The notes: generated by a model from the letters alone, not told the origin. A stretch of 64,000 nucleotides of DNA from Eledone cirrhosa (GCA_964016885.1 OZ024761.1:7998001-8062000), one strand, 5' to 3'. Shown: positions 28,711-41,156, counted from the stretch's first letter. Numbers and translations are program-made.

Positions 28711-28809
28711 AACTCGCTGTTTCAAAAACATACCTACTTGTATTTATTTATGTATATGTTTATTTATTTATTTATCAATGTTTTTTTTTTTAATATATAT
28801 ATTTTCTAG

Positions 28810-29147
28810 AAAATACTCAAGCCTGCTTCAAGAGCTCAGTACAGCTTCCAGCAAAGAACTCTGTCCTCCATCTAGCTTACGTCACACTGAATGTTTCAGT
28901 GAACTTGACTGTAACAAACCTCTGGATATCACTATCTCTAAACGAAGACAGGACTTGGATAATACGTCTCACACAGTTTTACCTCCAATTTGATATCACT
29001 TCATTTCTGCAGCCAATCATATCATATGAAAACTCTACACTGCTTTTCCTTCGTTTTATCTCTGAGTGCAGACTTAATGGCGGAGAAGTTGTACCATGCC
29101 CTTACGTGGATTACAATTACAATGAAATTCAGGCAGAATTTTGTTGA
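28810..29147 (+). CDS. Terminal coding exon of the same host gene
   Basis: Acceptor ATTTTCTAG|. Phase 1 gives (E)NTQACFKSSVQLPAKNSVLHLAYVTLNVSVNLTVTNLWISLSLNEDRTWIIRLTQFYLQFDITSFLQPIISYENSTLLFLRFISECRLNGGEVVPCPYVDYNYNEIQAEFC*; unique, complex sequence amid repeats. Confidence 0.72.
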
Positions 29148-29243
29148 ACTATGTGTGTGTGAATATTGTGAAGATGAGTGTATTTATGTACATATATATA
29201 TATATCTATCTATATATATATATATACACACATTACATTTATA

Positions 29244-30086
29244 CGAGGGGGCTTCAAAGATTTTATGGAAATAGGACAGTTGGAAAAAATGGCTTAAGTT
29301 AAGATGTTTATTTTTCAATGTATGCTCCATCGATGACAATGCACTTCTGCAAGCATTTAAGTCCATCTCTGTAAAACCGAGAGCCATGCAATTTAAACTA
29401 TATCAAAGCAGCTTTTTTTACATCTTCAACTGATGGAAAATTGGTACCTTTCAATAATTTTTTCAGGTTTGGAAACAAAAAGAAGTCAGATGGGGTTAAA
29501 TCAGGACTGTAAAGTGGGTGTCGGATGATTTCTTATCGAAATTAGTGTAACACAGCTCGTGTCTACCTAGCGCCATGAGCAGGCATATTGTCATGGTGCA
29601 AGAGGACTTGCCCATGCAGCTTCACTGGCCGTGTGTCAGCTACTGATTCAGTGGTTATTCGCCTATCAGTTTCAATTAGGTTGCGAACAGCATCAAAGTT
29701 TTCCACGCACACTGACGTGGATAGCATGTGACTGCGGGGATCGTCTTCAACCACATCTCTTCCACTTCTAAAATGACATGCATTTGTAGGTTGTTTATTT
29801 CTTTGGGGTATTGTCTCCATAAACTTGCTCCAGAGCGTCAGTTATTTAGCTGCTCTTCCACCCTAGCTTCACCATGAAATTGATGTTTGTCCTGGCCACA
29901 AGTTTGATGGAAACCATGTTGCATGAGTGGGTGCTGAGTTCCAACTGGCAGCGCTGCATTACATGCATTTAAGGGTTCATGTTATGTCACGTTAGTACAA
30001 GAATGTACAGATGCATTAGGATCAAAATCCTTGCATATGATTTTTAGCAATGTACTTTTTTCCACAAACATTTTGAAGCCCCCTTG
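29244..30086 (-). mobile_element. Internally deleted mariner (DD34D-type)
   Basis: TIRs C(G/A)AGGGGGCTTCAAA...GGAAA with TA flanks; remnants FRSGRDVVEDDPRS, LLHHDNMPAH and YSPDL.PSDFFLFPNLK. Confidence 0.88.
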
Positions 30087-30113
30087 TATATATGTATTTT
30101 ATATATATATATG

Positions 30114-30177
<64 letters not shown>

Positions 30178-30437
30178 AGATCAAAAGATGGTTAAAGGAG
30201 TTCCATATATTTTATTATGCGCATTTCAAAAACAAACATCATCAAACAATAATATTTGTGTTTTCATCAGATAAAACAGGAGAACATGATATGAAGGCTA
30301 AAAAACACTTGTTGATAGTGCAGTTTTAAATCAACATATTTGATCTTATATTATGCATACTCCAGTCCCACAAACTGTAGAGTGCTTCTTATCCGATATC
30401 TGCATTGCTTTATTGTACTACAATAAAACTCACCTCC

Positions 30438-30474
<37 letters not shown>

Positions 30475-30605
30475 AGGCACATGGCTTAGTGGTTAGAGCA
30501 TTGGTCTTGCAATCGAAAGGTTGTGAGTTCAATTCTCAGACCGAGTGATGTGTTGTTTCCTTGAGCAAGGCACTTTATTTCACTTTATTTCACATATTTA
30601 CTCAG
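30475..30605 (+). mobile_element. tRNA-headed CORE-like SINE, 5' part
   Basis: TGGCTTAGTGG A box, GAGTTCAATTC B box, and TTGTTTCCTTGAGCAAGGCACTTT CORE-like domain. Confidence 0.78.
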
Positions 30606-30609
30606 CTAA

Positions 30610-31737
30610 GGGGGGAGTTAGGAGGTCTACTAATTCGAAACCAAAGTTGCTTATTTTCTGTAGAGTTTCATGAGCTGTGTGTGCTGGTGCATTGTCCTGT
30701 AAAAACAGGACACTATAGTTCAGCTTGACATGTAGTATTCTGTGTTGATGGTGCAACCCTTTGGCAGGTATTTCATCTTTGTCCCAGAACACCGAAGCCA
30801 GAATCTTTCCAGCTGGCTTCTGGGACGTGGTAAACCACTGTGGTGCCACTCCATTTATTGCTCCTTGGTATGGGGATCATCCATGGTGACTAAACGAGTC
30901 ATAAAATCAGCTTCTCCCACTGCAAACCGGTCCAAAATCGCTTCTGATGTCGTCACACCGGTGTGCTTCTGTTCTATGTTCTGACATTTTGGCACTCATT
31001 TTACAGAAAGCTTTCTCATGTCCAGAATGTTGCAGATGATGTGGCCAACTCTTTCGTGGGAAATCCTCAAAGTCTCAGCTATGACTTTAACTGAAATCTG
31101 GCAGTCCTTGAGAATCATGACGTGCACAGAGTTGGATTTGTCCTCTGTGGTTTTGGAAGTTGGCTGTCCTGACCAGGGTTCATCTGGTGCCTCGAAATGA
31201 CCAGTACCAAACCTTCACAACCAGATTTTCACTATGGAGTAAGATGGGCAGCCATTCTTCAAGACTTCTTTCGTCTTGCCATGGATTTCTGCCACTCCTT
31301 TTCCTTGCAAGAAGAGGAACTTCATGACTATGCGTGCTTCAATTTTACCAAAATCCACTGTAGGAGCTGCCATTATGTGTTAACCCTCTAGCATTTACGT
31401 TACTCTATATATACTATTGTATTTTGTGGTAAAGGCTTTATCTCACATAATATCGAATCTATGAGATTTTGATGTTATTTATTTTGAGAACAATACCTTA
31501 ACATCAGTATGAGTGGCCAGTTGCAGCCGGTTTGAACAGAAAGAGGTGAGAGAATTCTGGTCGGATGCAGACAGTTTAAATGCTAAAGGGTTAAATCTGC
31601 AAAGAAGAGAAAAATATATTGTATACATTCATGATTTTTTTTTTTGCATATCTTCTCCTTAATAGTTGTCCTCGCTCCCTGTAAAGGTAACAGCTCTAGC
31701 CTTTCAAAGCCAGGAACATTTCAGTATCTCCTCATAT
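30610..31737 (-). mobile_element. Degenerate mariner transposon
   Basis: QKPAGKILASVFWD and LFLQDNAPAH motifs; TIR-like end near 31711-31737. Confidence 0.8.
31384..31590. mobile_element. piggyBac-type MITE nested in the mariner 5' region
   Basis: TTAA|CCCTCTAGCATTTA ... TAAATGCTAAAGGG|TTAA: TIRs plus TTAA TSD. Confidence 0.8.
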
Positions 31738-31869
31738 ATATATGTATATATATATATATGTTTCCTTGGACCAATTTAATGAAGGGTGATTGACTATCGA
31801 TGTATTTCCAAGAGATGGCAATATGAAAGGACCTGTTATTTTTCTCTAAAAATCTTCAATCTTTCTAAT

Positions 31870-32005
31870 TTCTCATTCTTTCTTCTGATGAAGGACTAGC
31901 ATCCGAAACGTTAAGTCCCTCTTCCTGCTATTTCAAGCATTGAACTAATATATTCCTTCCATATACTGTACCATTTGTGTTGTTATTTCAGTTTACCTTT
32001 TACAT
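31870..32005 (+). repeat. Hammerhead-bearing dispersed repeat
   Basis: CTGATGA-A-GGA-CTAGCA-TCC-GAAACGTTA at 31885-31913. Confidence 0.7.
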
Positions 32006-32310
32006 ATATATATATCATCATCATCATCATCGTTTAATGTCCATCTTCCACGCTAGCATGGGTTAGAAGGTTTTGTTCCATTTGATTCTCAATAAAAAAC
32101 TTATAAATGTCCAGACAGAGTTATAATAATTCAAAATTAAAAGATACATAAAAAAGAAAATTTCGCTCTACATGGCTGAATACAATAAATGTAATCTGAG
32201 TTATGCCAACATAAGAGCAAGAATGAAGGGTCTCCTGACATGGCTATAAAATTGAGGCTTGTTTACAAAATTGCAAACAAATTGAATGTTATTATTAATA
32301 TTTGAAAGAA

Positions 32311-32370
<60 letters not shown>

Positions 32371-32461
32371 GAGGAGAGTAATATTGTAGAACAATAAAAC
32401 TATGCATATATCATATAAGTAGCACTCAGCAGTTGGTAGAACTGGAGTATATATATAAAGA

Positions 32462-32722
32462 AGAAATTAAAAGATGGTTAAAAAAGTTCCATATATTTTA
32501 TTATGTGCATTTCGAAAACAACATCATCCTGGGACGAAAATTGTGTTCTCATCAGATAAAATAAGGTAACATGATATGAGGCCTAAAAACACTTGTAAAC
32601 CAGGCCTCATATCATGTTACCTTATTTTATCTGATGAGAACACAAATTTTGTCCCAGGATGATGTTGTTTTCGAAATGCGCATAATAAAATATATGGAAC
32701 TTTTTTAACCATCTTTTAATTT
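32462..32722. repeat. Fold-back hammerhead-bearing element (relative at 30170-30355)
   Basis: ~120-bp inverted arms; CTGATGA-GAAC...TTTC-GAAA at 32631-32676. Confidence 0.75.
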
Positions 32723-32742
32723 CTAATTTATATATATATATA

Positions 32743-32935
32743 TATTAAAATATAAGTATTAATAAAATAGATGTTCTTTTGATCAATTACATTTTATTAT
32801 ACATATTTCGGATGTACAACAAGGGTATGTCATGTATCATTATATTTTGTCTGGTGAGGACGTACTGTTGTACATCCGAAATATGTATAATAAAATGTAA
32901 TTGATCATCTATTTTATTAATACTTATATTTTAAT
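32743..32935. repeat. Fold-back element with variant hammerhead core
   Basis: Arms ~32743-32820 / 32867-32935; CTGGTGA-GGACGTAC-TGTT-GTACATCC-GAAA at 32851-32881. Confidence 0.7.
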
Positions 32936-33034
32936 ATTAATAACTCCTGAAAATTATTTTCCATTGAGTGCTTCCAATCTACTGTAAAACTCATTCTTTG
33001 ACATAATCATCGAATATTGTTTAACAACTTAATA

Positions 33035-33143
<109 letters not shown>

Positions 33144-33319
33144 CTATATAACCAAGAGAATATTCAAGGCACAGTTTGTAATCGATAATTGATTACATAG
33201 AGCGATGTCAGGTTGCAGCTCTACAAGGTATGAAATAGCGTTATCAGGAATTTTATTGGTTCCATCCAAAGTACATATTTTTCTTTGAAATATGTAATTT
33301 GTATATAATATATATTGTG

Positions 33320-34205
33320 TCTCCTCTGTGTCACTTTTGAGCTGACTTTTGGGATGCTCCCATACAGCTCTGAGTTTTTCATCCTCAGTGTATACTGATT
33401 AATGTACAGAGCCATCCTCAACATTCTCGTGTAGCACCCATCCACCATCTGAGTGAGTTTCTTGGTCAGTGTCCAAGTCTCAGACCCATACAGCAGCACA
33501 GACTCCACTACAGCAATGAAGAGGCAGATTTTCAGGTCTCTACGAAGGTCCGACTTCCACACCGATCTCAAGCTGTGGCACGCTGCCCAGGCCTTGCTCT
33601 TCCTCTCAATCACATCATCTTCCGTATTCCCAATCTTTGCTCCCAAATACAGGAAGCCCTCAACCAATTCTACCAGCTTCCCGCCTACATTAGTGATCCC
33701 CTCTGGCTTCTCAACATTCTCTACCAGATATTTTGTTTTAGTCTCATTCATTCTCAGCCCCACACTCATCGACACAGTCTCAACCTCCCGTATCAAATCC
33801 TCTGCCTCCTTCACTGTATTTGTCACCAAAACTATGTCGTCAGCAAATTCAGCATCCGATACCTTTTTCGCCCTAACTCTCCTGCTCTGAGCCGGTGCTA
33901 CAGTAAAGCCAGAGTCCTGGTGTTTCTCCAGTGCAAGGCGCATGCAATAGTCCACTACGATGATAAAAAGGTTAGCTGGACATGCTCACCGACATCCAGA
34001 GTTGACATTGCACTCAGTGCTCCTTTGGGAGCCCCTACATGGACACACTAGAAGAGGAAGACCAAGGTTAACGTATGTTGATGCCCTAAGGACAGACACT
34101 GGTCTGTTGGAGACGCAGGACATGGCAGCGATAATTAGGGACAGAGACCGCTGGAGAGAACTCGTCCATGGATCTCGGGAATTTTACCCGCCTTAGATAG
34201 ATATA
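33320..34205. mobile_element. Second RTE-like LINE family, copy with 5' inversion
   Basis: - strand ORF 33221-33955 (EFADDIVL, FLYLG, VLLYGSETW) fused at ~33965 to the + strand C-terminus (LAGHAHRH...RRGRPRLTY) and (TAGA) tail. Confidence 0.88.
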
Positions 34206-34572
34206 TTGTGTATTCTCTTGGATATATAGTGTTTTCTCTCTCTCTCTCTATATATATATATATCTTTCGCTTTTGAATTATATACATAGATATATACATA
34301 GATATATATAGATATACATAGATATATATAGATATATATAGATATACATAGATATATACATAGATATATATAGATATATACATAGATATATATAGATAAG
34401 GAAAGCACAATGCCTTCTTCAGTTGTCTGCTGGAGATCACAGACGTTTTAACGCACAGAAGACAACTGAAGAAGGATATTGTCCCCCACTTGTGCTTTCG
34501 TTTTATTGTTAAATACACTTTATCAAGTAACCACACAGCTCCCTATTTTTCCCCAAATTTATATATATATAT

Positions 34573-34890
34573 AGTTATGTAATAAATAACATAAGGCAAT
34601 TATTTCATTTACCAGTGGTTTCTTAAAATAAAAAAAATTTTGCTTTCAATCATCAGAATGAAAAAATCCGGGCGTATTTATTGACGTTGGATTTTAAAAA
34701 CCTTTAAAATCCAACGTCAATAAATACGCCAGCATTTTTTCATTCTGATGATTGAAAGCAACATTTTTTTGCTTTTAAGAAACCACTGGTAAATGAAATA
34801 ATTGCCTTATGTTGTTTATTACATAACTATTAAGCTCTGTTACCTACATAGAGCACTCTTTTTTCCTGGACTTTTCCGACGGAATTACTT
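34573..34890. repeat. Fold-back hammerhead-bearing element
   Basis: ~125-bp arms; CTGATGA-TTGAAAGCAA-CATTTTT-TTGCTTTTAA-GAAAC at 34745-34783. Confidence 0.78.
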
Positions 34891-34920
34891 CATTTATATA
34901 TATATATATGTATATATATA

Positions 34921-34954
<34 letters not shown>

Positions 34955-35066
34955 TTGTAATAAAAGGAAAACGAAATTTCATTTCTCACTCTTAGTACGG
35001 CACTTACTTAAATGTAAGTATGTATGTATACGCACATACATATATGTATACAGACGTACAGTAGCA

Positions 35067-35106
<40 letters not shown>

Positions 35107-35696
35107 CAGGTATACATACATATATGTACGCATATATATATATATATGCATGCTACTGTACGTCTGTATACATATATGTATGTGCGTATACATACATACT
35201 TACATATATATATATATATATATTTATTTAGGTTTGTTGGTTCACCACTGGATAGAATTGGTCATTCCGTATGGTCAATCTCGATGTAATATTATGGAGA
35301 GTACTCAACGTAATGAAACTCACCCGTCTTCGTGTGTGTAGTTGGTGGTGCGAGTACAGAGTTAATTATTATAAAATAACAAGAGGCTGGACTGGTGTAA
35401 ATCCTTAAAAGGTTTATTATACTATGATCATTTCAATGATTGGGTTCAGTATGAATCCGGTGACATCATCAGGTATTCGAAATATAACAAAGGAATATAA
35501 CAGACAAAATCCATGGGGCTGAAAATCATAAACAAGAGGACGACTGACCATCTAGCATCTTCTACCTTAATATATATAAATATGTATATATATATATATG
35601 TATGTATATATATATGTATATATGTATATGTATATATATATGTATATGTATATATATAAGTATATATATATATGTATATCTATATATATATATATG

Positions 35697-35733
<37 letters not shown>

Positions 35734-35782
35734 TCATTATCATCTTCGTTTAACATCCATCTTCCACGCTAGCATAGGTTAG

Positions 35783-35839
<57 letters not shown>

Positions 35840-35969
35840 TAGTTTCCATAAAAATATAGTTTCCATTTGTTAATATATTGTATATTTACTCCAATAATTT
35901 GTTGAGTGCTTTATATCAGTTATAAAAATATTTTAGCTTGTTGTATCCCAACAAATTAAATATAACCTC

Positions 35970-36012
<43 letters not shown>

Positions 36013-36069
36013 GTATGTATATATATATATGTATGTATGTATGTATATATATATATGTATGTATGTATG

Positions 36070-36104
<35 letters not shown>

Positions 36105-36124
36105 ATATATATATATATATGTAT

Positions 36125-36683
36125 GTCTCATGGTCGGGTCGTTGGCGACTAAACTGGCAACCCCACCAAGGTTTCTTGGTGAGGAGGGTGACTTTGGACA
36201 TCCTGCAGGACTAAAAACAAAACCTGTCAAAGGGCAAAGGAGCTCTTAAGAGTGAATGGCCATCCAAAATCACCGGGAGAGATGACCCCTTAGCCTTTAT
36301 CAAGGCAGAATTCTAGGAGAAGGAAAACTCTGATATAACACCTGCAACCCTGATGGTATCCAATGATGTTGACTTGTTCTTCTTTTTGGTAAATATCATC
36401 TTGGTTAAGAGAGTGGGACTGGCTTTGTGCAGTGCCTTTGCTCACTATAAAAGCTTCACGGCACAGGCATTGCTTTATATCTGGAGATCTCTCTGCACTT
36501 GTCGTCACATGGTACCATGGGCCCAGCACTATGTGTCAATAATTGTCACAAGTGTAGTGTTTGTACCAGAGTTTTCAAGTCGCTGGCTGGACTAAAAAGT
36601 CACACTCGTTGAGCGCATCGGTAGGGGTTCTCCTACATGGATATAAAGTAGTGGCCGTACTCGAAAACGAGTTGGCAGCCACC

Positions 36684-36684
<1 letters not shown>
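36125..36684 (+). mobile_element. ~600-bp dispersed repeat, 5'-truncated copy
   Basis: Reverse complement of most of 15126-15734. Confidence 0.8.
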
Positions 36685-36754
<70 letters not shown>

Positions 36755-36885
36755 TGTATGTATATATATATATGTATGTATATATATATATGTATGTAGG
36801 TATATATATATATGTATGTATATATATATATATATACTATAGAGTAAAGCATGTCCAGAGAATTATTTGATAATATATATACATG

Positions 36886-37216
36886 GAGGCACATGGCTTA
36901 GTGGTTAGAGCATTGGCCTTGCAATCGAAAGGTTGTGACGTCAATTCTCAGACTGGGTGATGTGTTGTTTCCTTGAGCAAGACACTTTATTTCACATTGC
37001 TCCAGTTTACTCAGCTGTAGAAATTTGATGATAGGGACTGGGGTCCATATCATTCCACTGCAAAGTGGTCGTGGAGGTGCCACGGCAAAAAGCACCCAGC
37101 ACTCACTGTAAATGAGGTTGGTGTTAGGAAGGGCATCCAACTGTAGAAATCAAGCCAAAATCAGTTCCCGTCCCACCCTTGCAAGCAGGGAAAAGTGGAC
37201 GTAAAATGAAATGATG
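36886..37216 (+). mobile_element. Full-length tRNA/CORE-like SINE with RTE-derived tail
   Basis: A box, B box-like, CCTTGAGCAAGACACTTT core, and AGGAAGGGCATCCA...GGACGTAAAA...GATGAT tail. Confidence 0.82.
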
Positions 37217-37497
37217 ATACATCATCTCTACTCCGAAACAGCATAATTAACCACACAAAAAATCAATTAGACCAGGCTATAAGAATAAAAGGCATCTATG
37301 AAGAAACAGTAAATAAATATACCATTGTGGCATCTTCGCGTTCAACCGCTATAGAATATTTACCCAACATTTCATCAGCACGTGGAAATTAATTAAGTAT
37401 ACGGTCAACCATACATAATTAGGTAAAAATTAATGTTAGAAATGCTTATATGCATACCAGGATTAAATCACACATATATATATATATATATGTATAT

Positions 37498-37535
<38 letters not shown>

Positions 37536-37578
37536 TATATATATATATATATGTATGTATATGTATGTATATATATAT

Positions 37579-38185
37579 GTCAGGTCACCAGTTGGTCCTA
37601 CTGGTAACATGTATCCCAGTACAACCTGTCTCATGGTCGGGTCGTTGGCGACTAAACTGGCAACCCCACCAAGGTTTCTTGGTGAGGAGGGTGACTTTGG
37701 ACATCCTGCAGGACTAAAAACAAAACCTGTCAAAGGGCAAAGGAGCTCTTAAGAGTGAATGGCCATCCAAAATCACCGGGAGAGATGACCCCTTAGCCTT
37801 TATCAAGGCAGAATTCTAGGAGAAGGAAAACTCTGATATAACACCTGCAACCCTGATGGTATCCAATGATGTTGACTTGTTCTTCTTTTTGGTAAATATC
37901 ATCTTGGTTAAGAGAGTGGGACTGGCTTTGTGCAGTGCCTTTGCTCACTATAAAAGCTTCACGGCACAGGCATTGCTTTGTATCTGGAGATCTCTCTGCA
38001 CTTATCGTCACATGGTACCATGGGCCCAGCACTGTGTCAATAATTGTCACAGGTGTAGTGTTTGTACCAGAGTTTTCAAGCCGCTGACTGGACTAAAAAG
38101 TCACACTCGTTGAGCGCATCGGTAGGGGTTCTCCTACATGGATATAAAGTAGTGGCCGTACTCGAAAACGAGTTGGCAGCCACCA
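37579..38185 (+). mobile_element. ~600-bp dispersed repeat, full-length copy
   Basis: Both ends coincide with those of the copy at 15126-15734. Confidence 0.8.
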
Positions 38186-38199
38186 TATATATAATATAT

Positions 38200-38378
38200 A
38201 TTTCCAAGGATAACTTGAACCGTTAAGGTGTATTATCCTTGGTTATGTCAAAATTTATAAAACACACTTCGTATTTTATCTGATGAGGGCGTACCAAAAT
38301 TTTTGGTACCCTTGAAATATATATAATAGAACAAATATGGTTTTATAAATATAGTTTCCATTTATTTAATATCATTGT
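38200..38378 (+). repeat. Hammerhead-bearing repeat; inverted partner at 39050-39220
   Basis: CTGATGA-GGGCGTACCAAA-ATT-TTTGGTACCCTT-GAAA at 38280-38317. Confidence 0.72.
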
Positions 38379-38513
38379 ATATATATATATATATAATATA
38401 TATATATATTATATATATATATATGTATGTATATATATATTATATATGTATGTATTTATATATATTATATATATATGTATGTATCTATTTATATATATGA
38501 ATGTGTATATATA

Positions 38514-38549
<36 letters not shown>

Positions 38550-38829
38550 TGTATGTATATATATATGTTGGTTAAGAGAGTGGGACTGGCTTTGTGCAGT
38601 GCCTTTGCTCACTATAAAAGCTTCACGGCACAGACATTGCTTTATATCTGGAGATCTCTCTGCATTTGTCGTCACATGGTACCATGGACCCAGCACTATG
38701 TGTCAATGATTGTCACAAGTGTAGTGTTTGTACCAGAGTTTTCAAGTCGCTGGCTGGACTAAAAAGTCACATTAGTTCAGTGCATCGACACTGAGGCCTT
38801 CTGGTCGATCCTGTCGATACATATGTATG

Positions 38830-38870
<41 letters not shown>

Positions 38871-38873
<3 letters not shown>

Positions 38874-39030
38874 AACCAGTAAGACCCCGACGGCTGAGCT
38901 CAAGTCGAAACCGCTTGAGCTCAGCCGTCGGGGTCTTACTGGTTCCTATTACAGACTCTACTACCCCAAGTATTGAGTACTTTGGTGCGTTATGGTCTAC
39001 CTGGTTCCTTACCACATTTCCTTCGTTATA
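38871..39030. repeat. Fold-back repeat (family of 6575-6786)
   Basis: AGGAACCAGTAAGACCCCGACGGCTGAGCTCAAG-loop-CTTGAGCTCAGCCGTCGGGGTCTTACTGGTTCCT. Confidence 0.75.
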
Positions 39031-40370
39031 TATATATATATATATATTCAATATATTAAATAAAAGGAAACTATATTTATAAAACCCTATTTATTCTATT
39101 ATATATATTTCAAGGGAACCAAAACTTTGGTACGCTTTCATCATATAAAATACGAAGTGTGTTTTATAAATTTTGACATAAGAAGGGAAAATACCTTAAC
39201 GGTTCAAGTTTTCCTTGGATATATACATACATATACATATATATATATATATATGTATGCATAGTAATAATAATTGTTTTGAAGACTAAAATCCAAAGAG
39301 GGCTCGATAAGGGTAAATATATATCAAATATATAAGAACCGTAGAGCAAATATTTATTAAAATACGTATGTATATATATATGTATATATATATATATGTA
39401 TATAACAATATATATTGTCATGAAATATATATATTGCTTTGACTGCTCTTTCTAGCATACAGTAGAAAAAAACGGAAGTGGAGAAAATTGAAAAACTTCT
39501 TCTTTTTCCTCCTCTAACTTTTTAAACAAAAGAAAATTTTATATAAACAAAAACGAAATTTTTGTCACGAACGATAACTCGTCTCTGACTTAAATCCAAT
39601 TTTTGGATAAAAAAAAATGCGTGTGTGCAGTTTTCATATACTCACTTGTTATTACTAGTTAGTCCTTATTTTGGTTTGTTTTAGGGTCTTTGATTCCTAT
39701 TTCTAGCATGTCCGACCTTTTTCTGTTGTTCTCTATGCATGTATGAATAAATATATATATGTACATATATATGTATATATGTTATACATATGTATATATT
39801 ATATTATACACTAGCAATATATTGAGTAAATTTTATTTACTGTGGTTTCCCACCGACAGAGTGAGTCGCAGCTAATTGCATCTATTACCCTGATTAAGAG
39901 ATTTGACTGCTGTGTCTAGCAGGTTTAGAGTCTACTATTTTCCAAATATTTTTCCTTTACAACCTCCACTATGAACTTGATTTCAAATTACTGGGCGGTC
40001 GGTTGATAGTGGTAAACTAATATATCTACACCGGTAACTTAATTAGTGTTACACCGCTATTGCTCAAGTATAATCTATTTGGCATTCGAAAGGTAGTTTG
40101 TTATATCCTCTTAAATAGAGTATGTATACATACACGTATTCCTAAACAGTTTGACATTTATTCATAAGAGGTAATGGTCTCATTTAGACCCCGTCTCTTT
40201 TAGAATATATATACTCACAACACATCCATAAATTAATAATTTTCTTAATAATATGATATTAACGTTTTTTTTAACGAAAAAGCTTATTGTATGTGTAGTT
40301 ATACATGCATTGAATTTAATTTAAACACGCCGTTTGTGGCACAAATATTAATTATATTATTTTACATACA

Positions 40371-40409
<39 letters not shown>

Positions 40410-40739
40410 CATTCTTTGTGTAACTAGAGTTACAGGCGATTCGCCCCTCCTCCAACCTCTTGATACTGTGACAAGACGGTTTCAGTTAGGTTTTATTCCA
40501 GAATTAAAGCAACTGTACATTGTGAATAAAAGTAAGACCGAAAAGACTGTTACAGCATACATATTAACTTTATTGGCATATTAGAATTGTTTCAATATCG
40601 ATATCTTTGGGTATAATCATATATATATAGAGAGAGAGATAAATAGATGGATAGTGTGTGTGTGTGTATCTTTTATTTTTCACGTGAAATCAATATGCAA
40701 GCTGGCCCTGTGTCTTCATTTTAAAGTGACATATTTCTA

Positions 40740-40865
40740 CCTCCCGGTGATTTGAACTTAGTTTCAAGTTACTCGATGATATAATGAAGCGGAGAGACTA
40801 TAAAAACGCTACACCGGTGGCATATTTAGTTTACACCAGTACGAGGTGCATGAAAGAGGTAATGT
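40740..40865 (+). promoter_or_regulatory. Plus-strand paralogous promoter-like module
   Basis: TATAAAA at 40799 with Inr-like TTAGTT whose A lies ~30 nt downstream; GAG|GTAATG donor at ~40859. Confidence 0.4.
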
Positions 40866-40992
40866 TTTATTTGTCTTTTGTGTTACAGGATAACACTAGC
40901 TTAATTTGTTAAATTTATACTACATGTTTGTAATATATATTGTCAACATAGCTATGATTTCATCTCAATTAGTAATTTCAACTCTTCGGAGG

Positions 40993-41156
40993 TTACTGCT
41001 CACATTTCATCTCTTCCACTAAGACACTCTCCACAACCTTTCCTCTCCTCGTATCATCACCCAATGTTGTGTCAATCTCCACAAAGCGAAAGTTTCTCAT
41101 GTCTAACCCTTCTTGTCGAGAATGTCGGCTCCATGGAACTCCCTGTTTACTTCTTT
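40993..41156 (-). CDS. Candidate terminal coding exon of a repeat-borne microprotein gene (unit 1)
   Basis: Acceptor TTGTTTTTTACAG|; phase-1 frame xRSKQGVPWSRH...EEMKCEQ*; AATAAA ~125 nt after the stop (40866-40871); GC-richer than flanks. Confidence 0.5.

Noticed and set aside
30475-30545. tRNA gene (also 7545, 36886)
   Set aside because: Continues into SINE core and tail; acceptor and anticodon stems not intact.
37579-37665. Canonical HDV-like ribozyme call
   Set aside because: Partial pairings found but P1.1/P2/P3 could not be assigned consistently by eye; left as a hypothesis only.
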